A stretch of 62,530 nucleotides of DNA, the filler included, from Sphacelaria rigidula (lineage: Eukaryota), in assembly GCA_964200075.2 (NCBI GenBank). It is 9 parts of 9 records of this genome, joined end to end, with 100 filler letters (N's around TTAATTAATTAA, not from the genome) between each part and the next. Parts side by side here need not be neighbours in the genome. Positions count along the whole stretch, not along the records: positions 20,878 to 27,736 come from CAXNAA020017727.1; positions 27,837 to 34,695 come from CAXNAA020017728.1; positions 34,796 to 41,654 come from CAXNAA020017729.1; 6 more parts are not named here. The stretch is one strand, 5' to 3'. This document shows, piece by piece, positions 25,801-35,048 of this stretch; position 1 is the stretch's first letter; each line of letters starts with the position of its first letter. The notes beneath the pieces are model-generated. The model did not search any database. It saw only the letters and a list, made by a program, of their open reading frames with translations, and had not been told where the DNA came from. The position numbers were made by a program, and so were the translations under genes.

Positions 25801-27420
25801 AGATTCGGGACAGTTTACTTCTACCCTCATCACATCCATCCGCCGTACCGTTTGCGATGTCCTTCACTTGGTGGATGCAACTGGCGTCCAATGCTTTGAA
25901 GATCCCAATTCGGTAGATGACTGGCAGACCCCATTGCATGAATTATTACATAGATCCACCAGCCGCCGCTCTCCCGACACTGCTGCTTCTTTAACGCATA
26001 TCATCGACGGCTTCCTCGCCGAGATGGATCCGGATCGTGCCATGGGGGAGACAGGCCCGATATTGCTCTCTGATTTGGAAAGGCGTCTGATCGGTTACTT
26101 CGACAGAATCGACCAAGCGAGCGCGATCCAACGACTGAGTTCTTTTGCTGTCACATCGGATGTCCCCTTTGCGGATTATCTTTGCAATTATAAGCTTTAG
26201 TCTCCGGGCTATGAGCTTTAGTCTCCGGGACAACGGGTGTCAGGCGCCAAAAAGGTCCGAGCGACGCAATGTGTCAGACTTACGTTCGCAATAGCGTTGC
26301 TCAGCAGTATCCGGCTCTGATGCTGTCGTTGTTTCCGGGTGTCTTGGCGCACCGCGAGGTGCCTTGCATCTCCGTTGATGCTGTGTGATCTGCTTTTGTA
26401 CACCAAGAGGGTAATCTAACGCCCGCCATACGTGGCAAACCTCCCACGCCTCTGCGTTCACAACCCACGGTTGTGTCCTGTGCTAATGCCCAAGGGTCTC
26501 GCGGCAAGAATTCGAGTTCATCTCGCACTTCATGGATCCCTGACTCGGTCGTCGGTTCAATTTTTCATGTTCAGAGTAATAGAGATGCATTTAGTGCGAG
26601 TTTTGATGGTTGGTCGTTTTCCGAGGAAACTTGGAATTGTGTTTATTTGCCTGCAACAACGGCATTCATTGCAGATGACCCCAATTCGTGGAACCCACTT
26701 CTTTCGTCCCCTGCTAGACGCAACGCCTTCAGCAGCAATATCAACAGTTGCATCAACTGTAGTGTTCAAAGCCACAGTATGTGCGACTGCGACAGTCCAT
26801 ACATCAATGCCTTTGATCTCATGAACACTCAATTGCGGGGCAACGAACCCACGTGGCGCCGATGGCAAAAACGCATGCGCGACTATAGCCCACCAAGTCG
26901 AAATTATCGCAATTATTCGGATCAACGGGGCAACGAAAGCTTTCATCGCGGCCGCCGACAAAACAACAATAATGCAAGCCCTCGCCAGAACGATTATAAT
27001 GCTCGCGACAACAAACGATCCGCTGATAGACACCAGCGGACGGGACCGACACAAAACTCGAACCCCAACACGAGAAACCTTGGTACCTTCACTACGAATC
27101 GCATAGACCCATGACGTGCCGACGCCGGTGTTCTAAGGTCTTCCGCGCCGTCGACAGCACTAGCGAAGATTTTGTCAACACAGCCCGTGGAGCCCGTGAC
27201 TAACATTGCTCACCCGACTCCCCCGGCATTGCCCAGGAGCGCAACAGACGGCCGTTCAAATCGACCTCCGTCTCCACCCTCCATACACTTTTTAACACAT
27301 CCCGCAGAACCCGCGACCAAGATTGTTCACCCGGCTCCCCCAGCACTATGCAGAAGCGCAACTGACGGCATATCATATTGACCCCCGTCTTCACCCCTCC
27401 ACACACTGCGTAACAGTTGT
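22826..27420 (+). pseudogene. Decayed gag-like region of a retroelement, with frameshifted and stop-interrupted ORFs
   Basis: Chain of plus-strand intronless ORF fragments (23090-23536, 24014-24607, 24695-25138, 25158-25547, 25748-26200, 26473-27114). A Cx2Cx4Hx4C knuckle CINCSVQSHSMCDC at 26749-26790 is followed by an R/N-rich tail. No pol motifs seen in the contig. Confidence 0.6.
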
Positions 27421-27680
27421 GTCACCCCACAACTCAAACCTACACCCGACCCTGAATTTGGTCCTTCAGTGCCGAGTATAAGTCTGCGGCGTGGGAGGAC
27501 CAGCCGCCAGTCCCTGAGACAAAGGCTTCTCTTAGCGACCGCACGCACAGGTAGTAGCAAGCCTTTATCAGCTGACCCAAGTGTTGCTGATTTGAACTTG
27601 ACCACATCGGATCATGTAATCCCCAATCAGTTGGATCGAGCTCCTTCCCCGCGATTCTCAACACGCGCGGAACTACCTTT

Positions 27681-27736
27681 AACAACAAATTGTGAGAATT
27701 GAGGTTTAACTTCGAGATGAGGCTCAAGCCTAAAAC
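27681..27736 (-). repeat. Dispersed repeat end, near-identical to 48726-48781
   Basis: The reverse complement GTTTTAGGCTTGAGCCTCATCTCGAAGTTAAACCTCAATTCTCACAATTTGTTGTT matches 48726-48781 with one mismatch. Confidence 0.9.
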
Positions 27737-27836
27737 NNNNNNNNNNNNNNNNNNNNNNNNNNNNNNNNNNNNNNNNNNNNTTAATTAATTAANNNNNNNN
27801 NNNNNNNNNNNNNNNNNNNNNNNNNNNNNNNNNNNN

Positions 27837-28639
27837 CGCACCTTGCGCTGCAGGGTGAGATCGTGGGAGATCTCGCGGATGGCACGGATGGGATTCTCGA
27901 GGGTCATGTCTCGGAGCACGCAGCTCGGGTCTTCCACCATGCGCAGGAGGATCGCCATGGCCCCCACCTTGAGATAGGTGGTGTATTCGCTCATGTTCGA
28001 GTCGCCGACGATCACGTGCAACCGACGGAAGTGTTCGGCGTCGGCGTGCGGTTCGTCTCGGGTGTTGATGATCGGACGGCTCCGTGTGGTGGCCGACGAC
28101 ACGCCTTCCCAGATGTGTTCGGCCCGCTGGCTGACGGCGAACACCGAGCCCCGGGCCGTGTGCAACACCTTCCCGGCACCGGCGTAGATCTGGCGTGACA
28201 CCAGGAACGGGATGAGCACCTCGGCGTAGTGCGCCATGTCGTCGCTGCGGGTGGTCAGGTAGTTCTCGTGGCAGCCGTAGGAGTTGCCGGCGGAGTCGGT
28301 GTTGTTCTTGAAGAGGTGGATCGTGCCGCGAATGCCCTCGTCTTGGAGGCGTTCCTCAGCGCTGTCGAGCAACTGCTCGAGGATGCGTTCGCCCGCCTTG
28401 TCGTGGACGACCACCTCACCGATGGAGTCGCACTCGGCCGTTGCGTACTCCGGGTGGGACCCGACATCGAGGTAGAGCCGCGCACCGTTGACGAGGAACA
28501 CATTCGACGAACGTCCCCACGACACCACGCGGCGGAACAGGTACCGAGCGACCTCGTCGGGGCTGAGCCGACGCTGACCGCGGAGGGTGCAGGTGACCCC
28601 ATATTCGGTTTCGATGCCGTAGATCCGCTTCTGGTACAT
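27837..28639 (-). CDS. pafA: Pup--protein ligase, 3'-truncated by the contig end
   Basis: [72 protein letters not shown]. The start overlaps the prcA stop (TGATG). Confidence 0.97.
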
Positions 28640-29316
28640 CAGGCGAGGAGGGCGTCGATGTCGGCGTTGCCGATGCGACGGAAGCAGCGCCCCTCGTCGC
28701 GACGGTCGAGGACGGCGATTTCGATCTCGTCGGGGGTGAGGGTGCGGTCGGGCCCGGCCAGCGCACTCACCGCCGCCTTTGCGGCACCTCTTTCGTCGAG
28801 ACTGGTGAGATCGGCGGCTTCGAGTCGTTGGCGAATGGTGTCGGCGTCGCCTCCGAGAGCCACGAACACGTCTTCGTCGGTGACCGATCCGTCGTAGCGG
28901 ATGTGGAACATCCGATCGCCGTCGGCGACGAAGCCGATGGCGACGACGAGGATCTCGACCTCGAGCGGTTTCATCTCGTGGGTGAAGATCTGTCCGAGCA
29001 TCTGGGCGTATTGGTTGGCCAGCGCCTGGGAGTCGACGTCGTCTCGGCTGTAGGTGTAGCCCTTGAGGTCGGCGTGGCGGATGCCGGCGATTCTCAGTTG
29101 GTCGTACTCGTTGTAGCGACCGACACCGGCGAAGGCGATGCGGTCATAGATCTCGGAGATCTTGCGAAGGTTCCGTGAGGGGTTCTCGGCGCAGAGCATG
29201 ATGCCCTGGTCGAACTCGATGGCGACCAGGCTGCGACCGCGGGCGATGCCCTTCTGGGCGTAGTCGGCGCGGTCCTTCATGACCTGTTCGGGAGCAACGT
29301 AGAACGGCATGTTCAT
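28639..29316 (-). CDS. prcA: 20S proteasome subunit alpha
   Basis: [67 protein letters not shown] upstream. Confidence 0.97.
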   Translation of the reverse strand: MNMPFYVAPEQVMKDRADYAQKGIARGRSLVAIEFDQGIMLCAENPSRNLRKISEIYDRIAFAGVGRYNEYDQLRIAGIRHADLKGYTYSRDDVDSQALANQYAQMLGQIFTHEMKPLEVEILVVAIGFVADGDRMFHIRYDGSVTDEDVFVALGGDADTIRQRLEAADLTSLDERGAAKAAVSALAGPDRTLTPDEIEIAVLDRRDEGRCFRRIGNADIDALLA

Positions 29317-29319
29317 GGC

Positions 29320-30117
29320 TCAACCTCTTTCGGTGAGATCGGTGACGATCGAGGCGAAGCGAGCGGCGAGATCGTCGTCGTCGAGACGCTGATAGCCCTC
29401 TTCGGTGATGGTGGCGATGATCGGGTAGATCCCGCGCATGGCGTCGGGGCCTCCCGTTGCCGAGTCTTCGTCGGCTGCGGTGAACAGTGCCTTGAGCAGC
29501 AGGTCGACCGACGCATCGGCCGAGGCCGCCGCCTCTCGGTGACCCATCTTGATCACGGTGCGGGCGTGGAGTGAACCCGAACCGGAGGCCACGTAGTTCT
29601 CTTCCTCGTAGCGACCACCGGTGACGTCGTAGGCGAACAGCCTGCCCTTGCGGCGGCGTCGGTCGTAGCCGGCGAACAACGGCACGACCGCCAGGCCCTG
29701 CATGGCCGCCGGGAGATGACTTCGCACCATGCCCGAGAGCTGGTTGGCCTTTCCTTCGAGCGAGAGCGAGTGTCCTTCGACCTTCTCGTAGTGCTCGAGT
29801 TGGAGCTGGAACATCTTGACCATCTCGATGGCGGGCCCGGCTGCGCCGGCGATGGCGACGCCTGACCAACGATCGGCCGGAAACACCTTCTCCATGGTGC
29901 GGTGACTGATGAGGTTGCCGGAGGTGGCTCGGCGATCGCCGCCGATCACCACGCCACCGTCGAACTTGACGGCGACGACCGTGGTCCCGTGAGTGATCTC
30001 GAGTGCGTCACCGGCAGCTTCGGCGATCTTGTAACCAGGATCGATCCCGACGCGGTGCAGCAGACCAGCGAAGCTGGGACCGGGGTCATCCGATGTGCTG
30101 AACAGTGGCAAGGTCAT
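29320..30117 (-). CDS. prcB: 20S proteasome subunit beta (propeptide plus catalytic Thr)
   Basis: HG|TTVVAV processing site, GDRRAT, LEHYEKVEG..LSLEGKANQL, SGSGS, AADEDSATGGPD. Confidence 0.97.
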   Translation of the reverse strand: MTLPLFSTSDDPGPSFAGLLHRVGIDPGYKIAEAAGDALEITHGTTVVAVKFDGGVVIGGDRRATSGNLISHRTMEKVFPADRWSGVAIAGAAGPAIEMVKMFQLQLEHYEKVEGHSLSLEGKANQLSGMVRSHLPAAMQGLAVVPLFAGYDRRRRKGRLFAYDVTGGRYEEENYVASGSGSLHARTVIKMGHREAAASADASVDLLLKALFTAADEDSATGGPDAMRGIYPIIATITEEGYQRLDDDDLAARFASIVTDLTERG

Positions 30118-30123
30118 TCACCC

Positions 30124-30129
30124 ACGTTA
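30124..30129 (-). promoter_or_regulatory. Putative -10 hexamer (TAACGT) for a leaderless prcB transcript
   Basis: Minus strand TAACGT-gggtga-ATG: a TANNNT box 6 nt before the start codon, with no clear SD. Confidence 0.55.
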
Positions 30130-30177
30130 GCCCTGCTGACCCGGGAGTACCGTGGTCGGGCACCGAGGAGGCGGCAG

Positions 30178-30867
30178 TTGCTCGATCGCAGACGCGAAGA
30201 ACTCGAAGACGGACGTACCAGTGGCCTTCGGCAAGCAACACTCGTTGCGGTCATCGCCACCGTCTCGACGCTGATCGGGTCCCGAATCGTGCTGCTCGAC
30301 CGGGTTCGCAGCGCCGACGAAAAAGCGTTCGAGGAGACCGTGCCGAGCCTCCAGGAGCACGACTGGCTGGTGTCGTCATCGGAGATCCTGACCGATCTCG
30401 GGTCGAAGAACATCGCCTACTCCGCCGCCCTCGTCCTCGCCGCCGTCTTGGTGATCGTGCAGCGCACCGTGCTGCCGTCGCTCCTGGTGATGGCCACGCT
30501 GGTCGGAGTCCACGGACTCCAGTGGCTCACCTACGCCGTCACCACCGGGGTCACGCCGACCGAGCATGTCATCGGTGGCGCCGGGCCGTTCTATTCAGGC
30601 GGCGTGGTACGGGCGACGGTCGTCAGCGGCATGATCGTCGCTGCGTTCGCAAAGCCGTCGGCGACCAAACCAACGTGGCGTGAACGCCGATGGATCTGGG
30701 CGGTTCCGCTTGCCGTCGGCCTGCTCGAAGCCGGCACACGGTTGGTGCTGGGCCGTCACTGGCCGCTCGACATCGCGCTCGCGCTGCCGATCGGCGGAGC
30801 AGTGCTCTGGTGTCACTGGCAGGTGTCGTGCTGGATCGCCGACACCCGCAGCGGCCTTCTCAGCTGA
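30178..30867 (+). CDS. PAP2-superfamily (phosphatidic acid phosphatase-like) membrane protein with a degenerate active site
   Basis: Multiple hydrophobic helices. C3 motif TRLVLGRHWPLD retained, C2 reads FYSGG instead of PSGH, C1 not recognisable. Start placed at TTG 30178, 6 nt after SD GAGGAGG, because the longer ORF from 29902 overlaps prcB. Confidence 0.75.
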   Translation: MLDRRREELEDGRTSGLRQATLVAVIATVSTLIGSRIVLLDRVRSADEKAFEETVPSLQEHDWLVSSSEILTDLGSKNIAYSAALVLAAVLVIVQRTVLPSLLVMATLVGVHGLQWLTYAVTTGVTPTEHVIGGAGPFYSGGVVRATVVSGMIVAAFAKPSATKPTWRERRWIWAVPLAVGLLEAGTRLVLGRHWPLDIALALPIGGAVLWCHWQVSCWIADTRSGLLS

Positions 30868-30874
30868 CGGGCTG

Positions 30875-31069
30875 CTACTCGCCGCCCTTTTGGATGTAGC
30901 TCTTCACGAAGTCCTCGGCGTTGGTCTCGAGGACTTCGTCGATCTCATCGAGGAGATCGTCGAGGTCGGACTTCAGTTTCTCGCCGGCCTCGCTGGTGGC
31001 TGGTGCGCTCTCGGCGACCTGCTCGCTCGGGCGGGGAGCGTTGCGCTTGATCTGCTCACGTTCGGCCAT
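30875..31069 (-). CDS. pup: Prokaryotic ubiquitin-like protein Pup (64 aa, C-terminal GGE)
   Basis: MAEREQIKR...DLDDLLDEIDEVLETNAEDFVKSYIQKGGE. Starts right after the dop stop. Confidence 0.97.
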   Translation of the reverse strand: MAEREQIKRNAPRPSEQVAESAPATSEAGEKLKSDLDDLLDEIDEVLETNAEDFVKSYIQKGGE

Positions 31070-31070
31070 G

Positions 31071-32576
31071 TCAGGCTCCAAGTTTCTCGAGAAGTTCGGC
31101 GGCGGTGTCGCTCGCATCGATGAGCGCACCCACATGTTCAACGGTACCCCGAAGCGGCTCCAGCATGGGAACGCGGCGCAGGGGCTCGGACCCGGTGTCG
31201 AACACCATGGAGTCCCAGTTGGCGGCGACGACGGCCGTGGGGTATTTCGCCAGGCAGCGACCGCGGAAGTAGGCCCGGGTGTCGGTCGGCGGTTCGGTGC
31301 ACCCGCGACGGGCTTCGTCGTCGTCGACGATGGTTTCGAGTCCGGCCCGAGCTGCCAGCGACTTCTCGGGACGAAGGTCGTGGTACTGCAGGTCGAGCGC
31401 ACGCAGCCGAGAGTCGTCCCAACCGACGTCGTGGCGTTCGCGGAATCCGTCGAGAAGTCGCAGCTTGGCCACCCAGTCGACCTGACCGGCGACCTCCATC
31501 GGATCACGCTCGAGGCCGATGAGCACCTGTTCCCAGCGGTCGAGGATGGTCGAGCCGACGGCATCGCCTCCGACCGATTCCATGCCGAAACGATCGGCCC
31601 AACTCTTGGCCTGGTCGAGCAGGTCTGCCTGCAGTTCGATGGCGGTGGCGGTGGTGCCGTCACTCAGCCGCAGCGGTCGCCGCAGGGTGAGGTCGTGGCT
31701 GACCTCGTGCATCGAACGCACGGGATCGAGAAACGTGGGGAGCCGATCGAGGGCGTGGTCTTCGAGCATGGCGAACACGATGGCGCTGGTGCCGACCTTC
31801 AAGAAGGTGGCCACCTGGCTCATGTTGGCGTCGCCGGCGATGACGTGGAGTCGCCGGTAGCGAGCGGAGTCGGCGTGCGGCTCGTCTCGGGTGTTGACGA
31901 TGGGCCGCTTCAGCGTGGTCTCGAGCCCGACCTCTTCTTCGAAGTGCTCGGCCCGCTGGGTGAGCTGGTAGTCGATCGAGGTGTCGGGGAGCTCGGTTCC
32001 GACCTTGCCGGAACCGGTGAACACCTGACGGCTGACGAAGTGCAGCGTCGCGCCGGCGACGATCTGACCGAACGGAAGCGACCGGTCGAGGAGGTAGTTC
32101 TCGTGACAGCCGTACGCGTTGCCCTTGCGGTCGCTGTTGTCTTTGTAGAGGATGATCTCTTGCCCGGGCGGCAGGACCTCGCGGGCTCGGTCCATCGAAT
32201 CGACGGCGATCATCTCGGCCGCCCGATCGAACACCACGACCGAGTGGGCGTCTTTGCACTCGGGTGTGGAGAGCTCCGGGTGGGCGTGGTCGACGTAGTA
32301 GCGGGCGCCGTTGGTCAGCACCGCATTCACGAGATGAGTCTCGACCTCGGGCGGCATCGCGAATTCGAGCGAGGCCGAGTCGCGTGCGTCGGCGCCCGGG
32401 GTCTCGTCGATGAAGTCCCAGGCGACCGTGCTGGATCGCTCACCGAGCGAACCGGTGGAGGACCCGACATAGGCGTTGATCAGCACCGACGACGCCGAGA
32501 CCGGATTCCAGTCGTCGGTGCCTCGCACCATGATGCCGAATTCGGTCTCGATCCCGATGATCTTGGGGACGGCCAT
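31071..32576 (-). CDS. dop: Depupylase/deamidase Dop
   Basis: [82 protein letters not shown]. Confidence 0.97.
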   Translation of the reverse strand: MAVPKIIGIETEFGIMVRGTDDWNPVSASSVLINAYVGSSTGSLGERSSTVAWDFIDETPGADARDSASLEFAMPPEVETHLVNAVLTNGARYYVDHAHPELSTPECKDAHSVVVFDRAAEMIAVDSMDRAREVLPPGQEIILYKDNSDRKGNAYGCHENYLLDRSLPFGQIVAGATLHFVSRQVFTGSGKVGTELPDTSIDYQLTQRAEHFEEEVGLETTLKRPIVNTRDEPHADSARYRRLHVIAGDANMSQVATFLKVGTSAIVFAMLEDHALDRLPTFLDPVRSMHEVSHDLTLRRPLRLSDGTTATAIELQADLLDQAKSWADRFGMESVGGDAVGSTILDRWEQVLIGLERDPMEVAGQVDWVAKLRLLDGFRERHDVGWDDSRLRALDLQYHDLRPEKSLAARAGLETIVDDDEARRGCTEPPTDTRAYFRGRCLAKYPTAVVAANWDSMVFDTGSEPLRRVPMLEPLRGTVEHVGALIDASDTAAELLEKLGA

Positions 32577-32578
32577 CG

Positions 32579-34294
32579 TCAGAGGTACTGACCGGTGGCA
32601 ACCTGCTCGATCGTGCGACCGCCGGTCTTGTCACCGCCGCCCTTGCCCACCAGCGTGCGCACGTACACGATGCGCTCGCCCTTCTTGCCGGAGATCTTGG
32701 CCCAGTCGTCGGGGTTGGTGGTGTTGGGGAGGTCTTCGTGTTCTTTGAATTCCTGGCTGACCGATGCAATGAGGTCTTCGGTCTTGATGCCACGCTCACC
32801 GATGTCGAGGAACCGCTTGATGGCCAGCTTCTTGGCTCGCCGAACGATGTTCTCGATCATGGCGCCGGAGGAGAAGTCTCGGAAGTAGAGGGTTTCCTTG
32901 TCGCCGTTCTGGTAGGTGACCTCGAGGAACCGGGTGTCGTCGTCTCGGCGGTACATGTGCTCGACCGCAGCGTCGACCATGGTCCCGACCGCGGCATCGG
33001 CGGTGCCTGCAGCCTCGATCTCGGACTCGTGGATCGGCAGACCGGACGTGAGGTACCGAGCGAAGATCGAGGTGGCCGCTTCTTCCTGCGGCCGTTCGAT
33101 CTTGATCTTCACGTCGAGGCGGCCCGGACGCAGGATGGCCGGATCGATCAGGTCTTCACGGTTGGACGCACCGATGACGATGGTGTTCTTGAGGGTCTCG
33201 ACGCCGTCGATCTCGGCCAGGAGCTGGGGCACGATGGTCGATTCGATGTCGGAGCTGATGCCGCTGCCACGAGTGCGGAACAGCGATTCCATCTCGTCGA
33301 AGAAGATGATGACGGGCATGCCCTCTTCGGACTTCTCACGGGCCCGTTGGAAGATGAGCCGGATCTGGCGCTCGGTCTCGCCGACATACTTGTTGAGGAG
33401 CTCGGGACCCTTGATGTTGAGGAAGTAGCTGCGGGCTTCACCGGCTCCGGACGCCTCGGCGACCTTCTTGGCCAGCGAGGCGGCGACGGCCTTGGCGATG
33501 AGTGTCTTGCCACAGCCGGGAGGGCCGTAGAGCAGGATGCCCTTCGGTGCCGGCAACTCGTGCTCGGCGTAGAGGTCGGCGTGGAGGAACGGGAGCTCGA
33601 CGGCGTCGACGATCTGTTCGATCTGGTCGTCGAGTCCGCCGATGTCGTCGTAGCTGACGTCGGGAATCTCTTCGAGGACCAGTTCTTCGACCTCGAGCTT
33701 CGGCAGCTTCTCGATGAGCAGCGACGATCGCGGCTCGAGGAGCATGGAGTCGCCCGCTCGGATGAGGGTGCCCTTGAGGTGCTCGGCGATCTCGACGACA
33801 CGTTCGTCGTCGGCCCGGCCGACGATGATGGCCCGAGAGTGATCGTCGATCATCTCCTTGACCGACACCACTTCGCCCGAGCGCTCGGGTCCACGGACCT
33901 TGACGATGTTCAGTGACTCGTTGAGGACGACCTCGTTGCCGATCTCGAGCGTTGCCGGGTCGAGACCCGGGTGCATCTCGACTCGCATCTTTCGACCGCT
34001 GGTGAACACGTCGGCCGACTGGTCGTCGGCGTTGATGCCGAGGAAGGTGCCGTAGGCCGAGGGAGGCAGCGTGAGCTTCTCGACCTCTTCACGCAGGGCG
34101 GCGATGTGCTCGCGCGCTTCTCGCAACGTGTAGGTGAGCTTCTCGTTCTGGCTGACCGCCTGGGCGAGCTGACCCTTGGTGTCGAGCAAGCGCTCTTCCA
34201 GGGTCCGGACTCGCTTCGGCGCGTCTTGAAGGCGACGACGGAGGGTGATGACCTCTTCCTCCATCGCCTTGAGCTGCACCTGCAGCTCGGCCAT
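32579..34294 (-). CDS. arc: Proteasome-associated AAA ATPase ARC/Mpa (true start may be up to 16 codons further upstream)
   Basis: N-terminal coiled coil, OB domains, Walker A GPPGCGKT, Walker [24 protein letters not shown]-terminal GQYL proteasome-interaction motif. Confidence 0.97.
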   Translation of the reverse strand: MAELQVQLKAMEEEVITLRRRLQDAPKRVRTLEERLLDTKGQLAQAVSQNEKLTYTLREAREHIAALREEVEKLTLPPSAYGTFLGINADDQSADVFTSGRKMRVEMHPGLDPATLEIGNEVVLNESLNIVKVRGPERSGEVVSVKEMIDDHSRAIIVGRADDERVVEIAEHLKGTLIRAGDSMLLEPRSSLLIEKLPKLEVEELVLEEIPDVSYDDIGGLDDQIEQIVDAVELPFLHADLYAEHELPAPKGILLYGPPGCGKTLIAKAVAASLAKKVAEASGAGEARSYFLNIKGPELLNKYVGETERQIRLIFQRAREKSEEGMPVIIFFDEMESLFRTRGSGISSDIESTIVPQLLAEIDGVETLKNTIVIGASNREDLIDPAILRPGRLDVKIKIERPQEEAATSIFARYLTSGLPIHESEIEAAGTADAAVGTMVDAAVEHMYRRDDDTRFLEVTYQNGDKETLYFRDFSSGAMIENIVRRAKKLAIKRFLDIGERGIKTEDLIASVSQEFKEHEDLPNTTNPDDWAKISGKKGERIVYVRTLVGKGGGDKTGGRTIEQVATGQYL

Positions 34295-34348
34295 ACCGCT
34301 TTCGTAGGCGGTCAGGCGGCGCTCGTACTCTGACTTGTTGACGGCACT

Positions 34349-34355
34349 ACCTCCT
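34349..34355 (-). promoter_or_regulatory. Perfect Shine-Dalgarno AGGAGGT upstream of arc
   Basis: Minus strand AGGAGGT-agtgcc-GTC AAC AAG, in frame with arc. Confidence 0.55.
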
Positions 34356-34451
34356 GGTGAGCATCCGATAGACGGACCCTACACGCCCCATCGGCTGGGG
34401 GCCGATCGCGGTGAGGGTTTCCCCACGGGGACCGCGACCGAGCCGACGCCG

Positions 34452-34695
34452 TCAGCGATCTCCGGGTTCGGCCGAACCGATGGTGTCGATGATGAATGCC
34501 AACGTGCGAGCCTCGTCTCGCCAGCCGTCGTAGCGGCCCGAGGGTCCACCGTGTCCGGCACCGAGGTCGGTCCAGAGCAGCACCGGCTGACCGCTCGTGG
34601 TGTTGGCTCGGAGACGTTGCACCCACTTGGCCGGTTCCCAGAAGCCGACTCGGGGGTCGCTCAGACCGGCGGTGGCGAACACGGCCGGATAGGGA
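34452..34695 (-). CDS. ptrB: Oligopeptidase B (S9A family) C-terminal fragment, 5'-truncated by the contig end
   Basis: TAGLSDPRVGFWEPAKWV.RLR (catalytic Asp region) and GAGHGGPSGRY (catalytic His). Confidence 0.9.
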
Positions 34696-35048
34696 NNNNN
34701 NNNNNNNNNNNNNNNNNNNNNNNNNNNNNNNNNNNNNNNTTAATTAATTAANNNNNNNNNNNNNNNNNNNNNNNNNNNNNNNNNNNNNNNNNNNNCTCTG
34801 TCACACACTTGCCAGGAAGGGCGGTGCTGCGGCAATAACAGATAGATCCAATTTGAACTAATGGAGTGTTATTCATCGTTGATTTTCGCCGACCTCCCCC
34901 TACCCGGGTGCCCGACGAGAACAGCCTGCCACACGCCAGTTGATGGGGGGGGTATGAGAGATCAAGCACTTGTAGAGAGCTTTTTGACATGCGGAGTAAA
35001 AAAAGATACCTATGGTGGTGACCTAACTGTTGCTAGCGTGGCGCATAG

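Noticed and set aside
29902..30177. N-terminal extension of the PAP2-like ORF
   Set aside because: It overlaps prcB antisense, and a TTG with a strong SD at 30178 is a better start.
30875..31663. 262-aa ORF as an extended Pup fusion
   Set aside because: The upstream part overlaps dop in another frame; the real Pup starts at ATG 31069.
30921..33916. Long plus-strand ORFs (556 aa and 392 aa)
   Set aside because: They are antisense shadows of dop and arc, expected in high-GC coding DNA, and have no recognisable motifs.
27837..34695. Horizontal transfer of the Pup-proteasome system into the eukaryote
   Set aside because: The contig is entirely bacterial in style from end to end and is only artificially joined to eukaryotic contigs.
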